18,629 nt of DNA from Octopus sinensis (GCF_006345805.1 NW_021824440.1:1-18629), one strand, 5' to 3'; shown: positions 1 to 9,551, counted from the first letter of the stretch. Translations and numbers: made by a program. Notes: generated by a model not told the origin, from the sequence alone.

Positions 1-104
1 CTGTAAATATCATTAACAATAAATATCATTGTTACATAATTTTACAATTGTTACATCGGCAGTTTATCAGAAGTGAATATTATATGTGTAATAATAGATT
101 GCTT

Positions 105-207
<103 letters not shown>

Positions 208-535
208 CATTATCATACTTATGCCGCAAAGTTATCGACTCATCAGGTTTATGTATACAATCCATTTTCTGGATGAATAAATCAAAGATAACAAAAGAAT
301 AAAGAAACTAAATAAGTGAACTCATAAATTAGAGCTTACATAGAAGATCATGAATTTTTTTGTCTCCAGAGACATGAGTCTATTGAGAGTCAGTGTCTAC
401 CCTGATGTTACTAAGGAAGCTGGATGTAAAATTCTTTGTCGACTATGTGATTTGATATTGCTGTGTGTTATCTTGAGTTAATTGTCAAAATATTACATCA
501 ATATTCAGTCAAGAGTGAATTGTTTGCAGAATCAC

Positions 536-587
536 CTGTCATGCTGAGCTCCATTTTGTCTTGTTTTTGTTAAAATGTGTTTCTTCT
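536..587 (-). CDS. Candidate 52-nt exon (speculative)
   Basis: Minus strand: tctgatttatttattaccag|AGAAG...GACAG|gtgatt. One open frame (x-KKHILTKTRQNGAQHD, phase 1 in, phase 2 out). Also contains AAA-ATG-G (MELSMT). No homology recognised. Confidence 0.22.
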
Positions 588-611
588 CTGGTAATAAATA
601 AATCAGATTAA

Positions 612-850
612 ATACACACACGCAAATATGCACACATACACACGCACACATACATACATACACACACACATACATACATACATACATACATACATACATA
701 CATACATACATACATACATACATACATTCATACCACACACACATACATACATACATACATACATACATACATACATACATTCATACACATACACATACAT
801 ACATACATACATACATACATACATACATACATACATACATACATACATAC
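612..850. repeat. (CATA)n/(CA)n microsatellite
   Basis: Direct; explains ORFs 532..780, 603..848 and 628..885. Confidence 0.97.
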
Positions 851-1132
851 GTGTGGGTGAAACAAATTGCTTATATAAACTCTAAGGATATTTAAGGATT
901 TTTACATATATCTACAGTAAACCTATCGATTTTTGTTTTATATTTGCATCTGATAGCCGATACCCATGAACAAGCTTAAAGCATAGTTCAAGGTTAAAAG
1001 CCATTGCTAACTATTAAAAGTCTATATAATATTAATTCGTTATCATATGCGCCTTTAATTAATTTGCTTTGTGTATGCGTCTGTGTTTATATATGTGTGC
1101 ATGTGTGTGTGCGCGTGCATCTGTATATATTC

Positions 1133-1555
1133 TTCTACTCTATTACTCTTTCACTTGTTTCAGTCATTTGACTGCGGCCATACTGGAGCACCGCCTTCAG
1201 TCGAGCAAATCGACCCCAGGACTTATTCTTTGTAAGCCTAGTACTTATTCTATCGGGCTCTTTTGCCGAACCGCTAAGTTACGGGGACGTAAACACACCA
1301 ACATCGGTTGTCAAGCGATGTTGGGGGTGGGGTGGGGGGACAAACACAAACACAGAAACATATACACACACACATTCATATACATATATATATATATATA
1401 CATATATACGGCGGGCTTCTTTCAGTTCCGTCTACCAAATCCACTCACAAGGCTTTGGTCGGCCCGAGGCTATAGTAGAAGACACTTGCCCGCAGTGGGA
1501 CTGAACCATGTGGTTGGTAAGCAAGCTACTTACCACGCAGCCATTCCTACGCCTA
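1133..1555 (-). mobile_element. tRNA-headed SINE, type A (octopus-type), near full length with internal (TA/CA) microsatellite
   Basis: Minus strand starts GGCGTAGGAATGGCTGCGTGGTAAG (A-box-like), GGTTCAGTCCC (B-box-like), body CTACTATAGCCTCGGGCCGACC, ends CAGTCAAATGACTGAAACAAGT plus AAGAGTA-type tail. Homologous to 6589-7186, 11203-11411 and 18169+. Confidence 0.9.
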
Positions 1556-1565
1556 TATATATAAG

Positions 1566-3101
1566 CAATTATTCAAAACTATAAAGCCACGTTTGTTTTT
1601 AAGTTATTTAGAAATTGAGCTCTATATTTAAGTGGACTAAGGGGCATAGTATATTGTAAATGAGTATTTCATGAATAGTTTGAAATGTAAACATTGTATC
1701 TTTATTATCACACCCGATTTTCCTATTTTTCCCAAACATATCAACACTTCAAAACTACAAGGCCACTAATACATTTTCATTTCTTTCCAGATTGCTTCGG
1801 AAAATATTCGACTCAGTCGTATTTACCATGATCCAGATTACAATTCAAGTATGCCTAAAGCTATAATGTTTGCCGAAATTGAACAAAACAAGATTCTCGT
1901 TCTGAAAGAAGAAGGAATGAGTAACTAAAAGATTGTCGAGAGGATTCGGCGAAGTAGAACGCCAGTGGACAATTTTCTGAAAGATCCTGACGGCTACAAC
2001 AGGTTTCATGCTGATGGACGCCCCAAGGCTACATCAGAAAGAGATGAAAGCGCCATTGTCAGAGTTGTGAAGAAATCACGCTGTTCTTCTGTTTCCAAAA
2101 TCAAGGCATCGGCAGGAGCAGGAACCTCGACATTCACCGTAAGAAGAGTGATCTTGAACCAGGGTTTTCCCCTTAAAAAGCGGCTAGGATGTCCGTTATT
2201 GTCCCGTTACCACAAAGCTGTTAGACTGGAGTTTGCTCGGCAGCATCAGGTGAGGGGTAGTGAATGGACCAGGGTTTTGTTCTCTGATGAGAAAAAATGG
2301 AATTTGGATGGCCCCGACGGTTACAAGTATTACTGGACAGATAAATGTGTACAAAATTGTACTTGTTCCAAGTGGCAGAACAGTGGAAGAGGTCTTATGG
2401 TGTGGGGAGCCATAGCTGTCAATGGGAAGCTTCCACTTGTCATCATGGATGGCCGTTTCAGTACTGCACGATACATCGATATGTTGGACGGGGCTCACAT
2501 TGACGAAGAAGGAAGAAGGCTCCACTGCGAGAACTTCGTATTCCAACAGGACAATTCTCTGATTATAAAGCAAAGGCAACTTTGGATTTGCTCCATGCAA
2601 TTGGGGTTGAAGTCATGCGACGGCCAGCAAGAGAATTCCTGTGTATGTTGTGTACAGCGAAAGCAAGCAGTACTCGTCTGTTGAACTTGAAACAGCAATA
2701 GAGAAGGCCTGAGACGAACTCCCACTTGAACTGCTGCAGAAGCCGACTTAAAGCATGAAATTGCGTGTCTTTGAAGTAATTCTGAAAGGTGGTGGCCAAA
2801 CACACTATTGTTGATGTATTATTGCATGAGAATATCAATGAAATATATCTTAATTTCCTTGTTTTGCATCATTTTTGGAACATTATTCAACCTGGCATTA
2901 TAGTGTTGAACAGTGGATTTCTGGCTTTCAAAATGTTTTTGAATTATTGTCCAATTTATTTTTTGATTTCAATAAATTTAAATATTGCAATGCCTTCTAT
3001 TCCATTTCTTATATAGAGATGAGTCTCATGAATTTGGGTAGTATTGTTCGCTAGAAAAAGAAAAACAGACAGTGCTCTGGCTTTATAGATTCGAAGAGCA
3101 G
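1566..3101 (+). mobile_element. Tc1-family (Tc3-like transposase) DNA transposon, defective, with IR/DR-type termini
   Basis: Transposase remnant 1851-2814. An 18-19 bp motif TTCAAAACTATAAAGCCA occurs at 1572-1590 and 1748-1766, and inverted at 2893-2910 and 3078-3095. TA at 3102-3103; AATAAA at 2971-2976. The left outer boundary is approximate. Confidence 0.88.
1851..2814 (+). pseudogene. Tc3-like DD34E transposase pseudogene
   Basis: ATG 1851 MPKAIMFAEIEQNKILVLKEEGMSN*(TAA 1926) KIVERIRRSRTPVDNFLKDPDGY... then FSDEKKWNLDGPDG, LMVWGAI and FQQDN, all matching the C. elegans Tc3 transposase motifs (FSDEKKFNLDGPDG, VMVWGAF, FQQDN). Frameshift near 2563, deletion at 2632/2633, stops at 2710 and 2749, C-terminus ...FEVILKGGGQTHYC*. 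Confidence 0.92.
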
Positions 3102-3105
3102 TATA

Positions 3106-3998
3106 CCAGGTCTGATCAATAAGTATCCGGATTGTTGCCATAGTAACGAAGCTAAAACACGCAGAGTAAAGCTGCTTGGCAAATATTGACCTTGGACCTC
3201 TACTGTACATGCGCACTAAATTTAATGTTCTAACTCACTTCATCTGTTTACAGCAGTGCTTGGAAGGAAGGTGTGTAGCGTGTGATCGTCGCATTGACAA
3301 TGACAGAGAAAGTTGTCATGGCGATACCTGCTCAGAGGCCTGTGAAAACTTGCAGAAAATATATGAAGAGGAGTGTATGAGCCGCACTCAAGTGTACGAG
3401 TGGTTCAGACGTTTCCAAAATGGCCGAAAGAATGTTGATATTGACGAATGTTCTGGGAGACCCGCGACCAGCAGAACTGAGAAAAACATCGCAAATGTGC
3501 GTGCAGCTGTGAGAGGACATCGCCGATTCCCCATCCATGAGTTATCAGAGGATATGCAGATTAATTACGGTTCAGAACAATCCATTATCACTGAAGATTT
3601 GGGTATGAGACACGTGTCTGGTAAATTGGTGTTAAAACTGCTTTCAGCTGACCAAAAGGTCACTCGGGTTTCAAGTGCACGAGACTCCTTGATTGTGTCG
3701 AGGACGATGAAAACTTTTTGAAAACTTTGTGTAGGCCTCTGAGAAGGTATCGCAAAGATTTTTGGCAAAATTTGATGCAGAATCTTTGCTCAACTTTCTC
3801 TATCATGGTCAATGCGATGATCACATGCTACACACCTTCCTTCCAAGCACTGGTGTAAATAGCGGAAGTAAGGTAGAATGTTAAAACGTAGTGCGCATGT
3901 ACAGCAGAATTCAAGGTCAATCTGTCCAACGGGTTTCATTCTGCGTGCTTTAGCTTCGTTACTATAACAGCAGTCCGGATACTTATTGATCAGACCAC
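3106..3998 (+). mobile_element. Non-autonomous foldback mariner (irritans/Himar1-like), TA-flanked
   Basis: TA|CCAGGTCTGATCAATAAGTATCCGGA at the left and TCCGGATACTTATTGATCAGACCAC|TA at the right. The inverted arms extend ~250-275 bp (3106-~3350 vs ~3723-3998). Confidence 0.92.
3300..3726 (+). pseudogene. Mariner transposase N-terminal fragment (HTH plus WVP linker; catalytic domain absent)
   Basis: ATG 3300 MTEKV [32-nt deletion] GDTCSEA...MSRTQVYEWFRRFQNGR...SGRP...EDLGMRHVSGKLVLKLL (WVPxxL equivalent). After a frameshift it reads DCVEDDENFLKT and ends just before the expected first catalytic (TGDE) motif. Confidence 0.9.
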
Positions 3999-4049
3999 TA
4001 TATATATACAGTATATATATATAAGTATGTATGTATGTATGTATGTATG

Positions 4050-4083
<34 letters not shown>

Positions 4084-4104
4084 GTGGTGTGTGTGTGTGT
4101 GTGT
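3999..4104. repeat. (TA)n/(TATG)n/(TG)n microsatellite
   Basis: Direct. Confidence 0.95.
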
Positions 4105-4390
4105 GGAGGCGCAATGGCCTAGTGGTTAGGGCAGCGGACTCGCGATCGTAGGATCGCGGTTTCGATTCCCAGACCGGGCGTTGTGACTGTTTATTGAGCG
4201 AAAACACCTAAAAGCTCCACGAAGCTCCGGCAGGGGGCGGTGATCCCTGCTGTACTTTCACCACTCTTTCTTCTGTTGGCCTGCTCGCTTAGCCAGCGGG
4301 GTGGCGTCATTCGAAGGCTAAAACAATGCGAACGCATTGTGACCAGCGATGTGTAACTACATCTGATGGACTGATCGGTCACGTGATGAT
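4105..4390 (+). mobile_element. tRNA-headed SINE, type B
   Basis: A-box TGGCCTAGTGG at 4115-4125 and B-box GGTTTCGATTCC at 4158-4169. Body CTAAAAGCTCCACGAAGCTCCGGCAG is shared with 9119-9413 and 15233-15386. The tail ending GGTCACGTGAT is unique in this window. Confidence 0.9.
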
Positions 4391-5099
4391 ATTTATATAT
4401 ATTACATCAGAGTTTTGTTTGGGTGTCTTCTCTTTTTCTTTTTAATTAGTTAATGATATCGCTTAACTGAGATACTGTCGAAGATCGGAGATGTTCTCTA
4501 TGTGCCATCCTCGAAGGTAACTCCTGCTGAACAGCTACCATTCTGTCCAACCTTCTATAACCAGCCGATAAGCTATATGTCTTTAAGCATTGAAGACTAG
4601 CAACATTCGCGCATAAGACTTGAGCGTTTTTCCGCACTCCATAGCAGTTAAAAACCATAATAAGTGATATTATTTTCCAGATTTTCGACACTAACACACA
4701 GCTGATCCCTCTCGACAGATGCGGATTGGCTTACCCAGTGTTCCTTCAATGCCTCACTTTTCTACTGTTCACTTCACTTAAAATTGCCTGCTCGAATGCC
4801 CTTGCGCATAACTCTGACCTTATCTAATATAAACGTAAGAATAGATTTGTTTGTATAGATATGTAATTGGTATGTATGCAGACCACTGGGTTCGTACCTT
4901 GATTACATGCAATCTTGAGATTGAATATCTGTGATTATCAGGAGACGATAATCACAGAAGTATATTCATATTTGTATGTATTAGGAGAATGAGAAAGATT
5001 GAAAGACGAATGGATGAATAGATACGAGTTTTTGTGTGTGTGTATGTTGTACATCTATTACATATACATTATCTTTATTAGCTGTAATTATACATCCAC

Positions 5100-5254
5100 G
5101 CAAACAAACTCACACACACTCACACACTCACACACGCACACTCACACGCACACATTTGTAGCACAACTATAATTTACAGCAGATGCAGCGTTCGAATACC
5201 GCAGGCGATATTACCACTTCTTCCTTAAATAGATAGCTAGCTAGAGAGAGATAG

Positions 5255-5329
<75 letters not shown>

Positions 5330-5330
5330 G

Positions 5331-5361
<31 letters not shown>

Positions 5362-5800
5362 AATACAGACACGTATATGTATATGAATGTTATGTATATA
5401 TATATATAATATATATATATATATTATATATATACATACATATATACATATATACATATATATTATATATATATATATATATAATACATATATATATACA
5501 TATATATTATACATATATATATATATATATTATATAATTATTATTGTTGTTATCTATCGTCGTGTTAATTTGTATATGCGTATGCATACATGCATATATA
5601 GATAGATAGATATGTATGTATTATATATGTATGTATTGTATATATGAATATACACACACACATACAAATAAATAGATGTATGCAGATGTAGATAGATAGA
5701 TAAGGAAACACGCACACACAAACACACACACACAAACACACACTCACATATGCACACACACACACCCACACACACACACGCATACACATGCGCGCGTACA
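5100..5800. repeat. Compound (CA)n, (GA)n, (GATA)n, (TA)n, (CA)n microsatellite block
   Basis: Direct; interrupted by short unique stretches (e.g. 5160-5235). Confidence 0.93.
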
Positions 5801-6588
5801 CTAATATAGTTTTCCAGTCCAGCAGATAATCATTCATAAGCTAAGCCAAGGATTTCATAACAGTGTGATTCCAAAGTGTTTATCCCAATAAATACAGATA
5901 TATTTCACTGATTCTCTGATTCTATAATTCTATTTACTTAAAGTTTTCCACCTAGCAAGCACACATCAGTGTATCGTGGTGATTATTCAGAAGCTACGAT
6001 TTTCCCCTAGTTCTATCGATTTTTCATCTTTACTCTATCAAATTTCGATAAGACTTATTATGCAATTCTTTAATACCGTCAAGATTTTGATTTACCATTT
6101 AACAAATGGAGATAATGCATTTTTCAATGTTTCTCGTGTTCTGTTGTTCTGCGATTTAGTAATTTTGCAAAACCCGAGGTCTAGTTACGAAGAGATAAGC
6201 ATTTGGTCCTATGTCTGTGATTGAATATAATGCTAAAGATTTTTAAGGAAATTCTTCGCCAGTTATCTTTAATCTAATCTGTAGTTATGTAATTCTGACA
6301 TTTCAACTGGCGTAGACATTTGGTGCCAGAACCTGCAGAAGAAGGCGAATGAAATTTCATATCGTGTACAGCTTCCGCAAAATTGGTAACGATTGAAGGG
6401 CAAAGAAATTGCCAATAATTGAAACCTCAAGCTGAAACCGAAAATTGAAACTGAAAAACCATTATCAAATATTTCCGAATTTTTTATGCAGCCTTGCGCA
6501 TTATTTGTGCTATTTCTCAACTCGTCTTTTATCTTCTATTTTTCTTTCTTTTTTCTTTTTCTTTTTTCTTTTTCTTCATTTTTTTAAA

Positions 6589-7186
6589 TACTTTTTTCTG
6601 TCATTTGCCTGCGGCCATGCTGAAGGGAACACCTTGAAGTATTTTTAATCGAACAAATCGATTTTGTTTTTTTGCTTTTTTTTAAAAGTGAAGTCTGGTA
6701 CTGATTCTGTCAGTCTCTTTTACTGAAACGCTAAGTTACAGAGACGCAAAAAAAACAGCACCGGCTGTTAAGTGATAGAGGAGGACAAACGCAAATACAA
6801 AGATACGCATACATATATGTACGACTGGCTTTTACAAAGTTTCCGTCTACCCTATTTGCAGAAGACAGCTGGCAGAAATGTTAGCACGCCGGGCGAAATA
6901 CTTAGCAGTATTTCGTCTGTCTTGACGTTCTGAGTTCAAATTCCGCTGAGATTGACTTTGCCTTTCATCCTTTCGGGGTCGATTAAATAAGTACCAGTTA
7001 CGCACTGGGGTCGATGTAATCGACTTAATCCCTTTATCTGTCCTTATATGTCCCCTCTATGCTTAGTCCCTTGTGGGCAATAAAGAAATAATACTAGTAG
7101 AAGACACTTACCCAAGGTGCCGCACAATGCGTCTTAATCTGAAACTACGTGGTTGCGAAACCAGATTCTTAACCACACAGTCATAC
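6589..7186 (-). mobile_element. Diverged type A SINE interrupted by a type C SINE
   Basis: 6589-6852 aligns to the 3' part of the 1133-1555 copy (tcatttgcctgcggccatgctg; gctaagttac; tttccgtctacc). 7094-7186 aligns to the 5' part (tagtagaagacacttacccaaggtgcc). Confidence 0.8.
6867..7093 (+). mobile_element. SINE type C (C2 tail), nested in type A
   Basis: AGCTGGCAGAAATGTTAGCACGCCGGGCG head, CTGAGTTCAAATTCC B-box-like, CCTTTCATCCTTTCGGGGTCGAT core. Flanked by AGAAGAC direct repeats (6860-6866, 7099-7105). Confidence 0.9.
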
Positions 7187-7744
7187 TGGAGTCATGCAGA
7201 AAGAAAAAAATCATAAATGGGAAAACCAACGGGCAATTAATGGTTTGGACCGTTCTATTGCATCACAAAAAGGGTTCCATGTTCTGTAGGATTTCTTGTT
7301 AGTGAGGGTTTTTTTTTTCAACGCTGAGTCAATTAAAACATTTATGACTTCCACTCCCAGGTCAGAGGCAATTTCTTTCTCGCTGTCATCTTATCTGACA
7401 TGGATGGAATAACTTCTCGTTTTCTTTCTGTAACTGCATACAGTAGACTCATTAGACACATTTTCAGGTATGACACATTATGGTAATTGAAAAGGACAGA
7501 TAGCCAACATCTTCGCCATGGTTCCTGTCCATATGGTCGCTTATATTGATTTCATAACTAGATTATCCAAATTTTGAAACACTCTTTATTTGTATTGTTC
7601 GTTCATTTATCTGTGACTCTAGCAATCTAAGTGAGCTAAACTCGAATCGAAACCGTACGAAAATCTCAGTTCACGTACTTCATCTGTGACGCTAACACTT
7701 TTGACTTCAATATACATTTGTCATTAGTATCGTCCATATACTTT

Positions 7745-7845
7745 TCGAGTTCAAATCTCGCCGGAACCATATTTGGATTTGATCCCACCTCAAGCTGGAA
7801 AAATAAATACCAATTTTTTTATTGTAGTTGATTTAATCAACTATT
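7745..7845 (+). mobile_element. Highly degenerate type C SINE fragment
   Basis: gagttcaaatctcgccg...aaaataaataccaatt...gttgatttaatcaact weakly matches type C. Confidence 0.45.
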
Positions 7846-7926
7846 TCGCTCGGAGTTTATCCAAATTAGCCTAGATAGTTTATAAAAACATGATGGAAAA
7901 TTAATCGAAAATATGATCTTACATAT

Positions 7927-8189
7927 AAATAAAAAAATAAATGCGCCCTTTTAAAGCCTAGCCAGGCTCATGGGCCCAGTTTCTCGGTTTCTATGGCGTA
8001 TGTGTTCCCCAACTGGACGGGATGCCAGTCCATTGCAGCGTTACTCATTTTTGCCAGCTGAATGGACTGGAGCAACGCGAAATGAAATGTATTGCTCAAG
8101 AACACAACGCGTCGCTCGGTCCAGGAATCGAAACCACAATCTTACGATCATGGTGCTGACACTCTAACCACTGAATCACGCGCCTCCAC
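7927..8189 (-). mobile_element. SINE type D (tRNA head, CORE-like body, V-domain-like segment, GAAACC tail), TSD-flanked
   Basis: Perfect 12-bp TSD GATCTTACATAT (7915-7926, 8190-8201). Head GTGGAGGCGCGTGATTCAGTGGTTAG...GGTTTCGATTCC. The domain names are from memory and unverified. Confidence 0.9.
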
Positions 8190-8317
8190 GATCTTACATA
8201 TCGCACAAACAAATCCAATGGCTCAGTCTTCAGTGAGGTGACAGTAACAACTGTGGCTTCTAACTTAGGCAGCACAATAGCATACATTACAGGTTGAGGT
8301 ATATAGCCAATTACCAA

Positions 8318-8375
8318 TATTTATTTTATCGGTTACAGAAGGATGACAGGCAAACCAACCCTGGCGAGTACTGAA
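8318..8375 (-). mobile_element. Degenerate type C SINE fragment
   Basis: tatttattttatcggttacagaaggatgacaggcaaa resembles the type C core (reverse). Confidence 0.5.
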
Positions 8376-8399
8376 AATGAAACATAATGCTTTGTAGTA

Positions 8400-8865
8400 T
8401 TATGTCTACCTCTGCACGATACTACAGTTTTATCCCCCGGACTGCCATTTTAACTACAATCCTAATATTTTGTCTATTAGTCTGCTATTTTGCCAACCAC
8501 TCCGCCATTTTTCTATTGCTCGACCATTTTGTCAGTTATTCAACCATTTTGTATTCGACTGCATTAATCTGCTTACTGCTCTACTATTCTATCTATTATT
8601 TTGTCTACCACTCTGTCATTTTGTTTATCACACTTCCATTATGCCCAGCATTCCGCCATTTTGTCTACCACGTTATTATTTTATCTACCGCTCTGCTGCT
8701 TTGTCTCCGATTCTATTAATTTGTCTACCGCTCTACCATTTTACGTACTGCTCTACCTTACTATTCTGACTATCCCTCTGTTCTTTGCCTACTACTCTGC
8801 TGTTTTATCTATCATTCTATCATTTTTGTCACCACTCATTCATCTTGTCTATCATTCTGTCATTT
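8400..8865. repeat. Degenerate 20-bp minisatellite, ~22-23 units, consensus TTTGTCTACCACTCTGCCAT
   Basis: Units in 20-bp phase, e.g. 8600-8619, 8640-8659, 8660-8679, 8680-8699, 8700-8719, 8720-8739. Confidence 0.88.
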
Positions 8866-8897
8866 CATTCAAAACCGTGAGATTGCTGATAACGATT

Positions 8898-9055
8898 CCC
8901 AACACCAGAACATAACTGGTACTTATTTAATCGATTTCCTGAAGGATGAAAAAAACTAAAGTATACCTCAACAAGATTTAAACTCAGAACTTGAGTGACA
9001 CATTTAAATGCCGTAAAACATTTAATTCACCACTCTAGAAATTCTGCCACTCACC
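8898..9055 (-). mobile_element. Degenerate type C SINE
   Basis: actggtacttatttaatcgat...gaaggatgaa...aactcagaac...attctgccactcacc. Confidence 0.7.
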
Positions 9056-9118
9056 AATCTGATTGTACTTTATATAGTGTCACGAATCAGTGCCAATCAG
9101 CCGCCATTGAGAAGTTGT

Positions 9119-9413
9119 GGAGGCACATGGCCTAGTGGTTAGGGCAGCGGAATCACGGTCGAGGGATCGTGGGTTCGAATCTCAGATCGGGCGATGTGTG
9201 TGTTTATGAGCGAAACACCAAAGCTCCACGCGGCTCCGGCAGAAGGTAAAGGCAAACTTCTGCTGACTCTTTCGCCACAACTTTCACTCTTTCCTCCTGC
9301 ATCTTGCAGCTCACCTGCGTCCGACTGGCGCCCCGTCCAGGTGGAGAACCTATACGCCAAGGAAACCGGGAAACCGGCCCTTATGAGCCAGGCATGGCTC
9401 GAGATGGAATATA
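9119..9413 (+). mobile_element. Mosaic SINE: type B head/body plus type D 3' end, TSD-flanked
   Basis: Perfect 14-bp TSD CATTGAGAAGTTGT (9105-9118, 9414-9427). The 5' half matches the 4105 copy; 9314-9390 matches the reverse complement of 7960-8038. Confidence 0.9.
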
Positions 9414-9551
9414 CATTGAGAAGTTGTCATGCAAAAAAAAAAAAATGAGAATCAATGTCCCAACTTAATTTATTCCTTTCTACACTTACCATATAATAAG
9501 TATCTTCCATATATGACAATCCCTACAAATGTCCGAAGTTTACTCCTTACA

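Noticed and set aside
1965-2684. Bacterial IS630 or an intact active transposase
   Set aside because: Motifs match eukaryotic Tc3, the flanks are eukaryotic SINEs, and the reading frame has stops, frameshifts and a lost catalytic Glu.
4105-4180. Functional tRNA genes at SINE heads (also 8120-8189, 9119-9190, 15310-15386)
   Set aside because: A and B boxes are present but the cloverleaf is incomplete and each continues into a SINE body.
4446-4697. ORF with a signal-peptide-like start (LVSKIWKIISLIMVFNCYG...) and dibasic sites
   Set aside because: Starts at GTG, not ATG; in-frame stop 12 codons upstream; no convincing splice sites or recognisable family.
4681-4834. + strand exon-like segment (ttttccag|...|gtaaga)
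   Set aside because: Stops in all three frames and it overlaps an equally plausible minus-strand pattern; likely chance.
5800-6540. Unique stretch with short ORFs (5976..6224, 6269..6520)
   Set aside because: No recognisable domain, repeat or splice architecture; may be a decayed TE, but I cannot support a call.
7361-7467. + strand exon-like segment with an open frame (VRGNFFLAVILSDMDG...) and CAG|GTATGA donor
   Set aside because: No recognisable homology; a 35-codon open frame is common by chance; no compatible partner exon found.
8400-8865. CRISPR-like array or coding repeat
   Set aside because: Units are directly tandem with no unique spacers, the 20-bp period is not a multiple of 3, and the context is eukaryotic.
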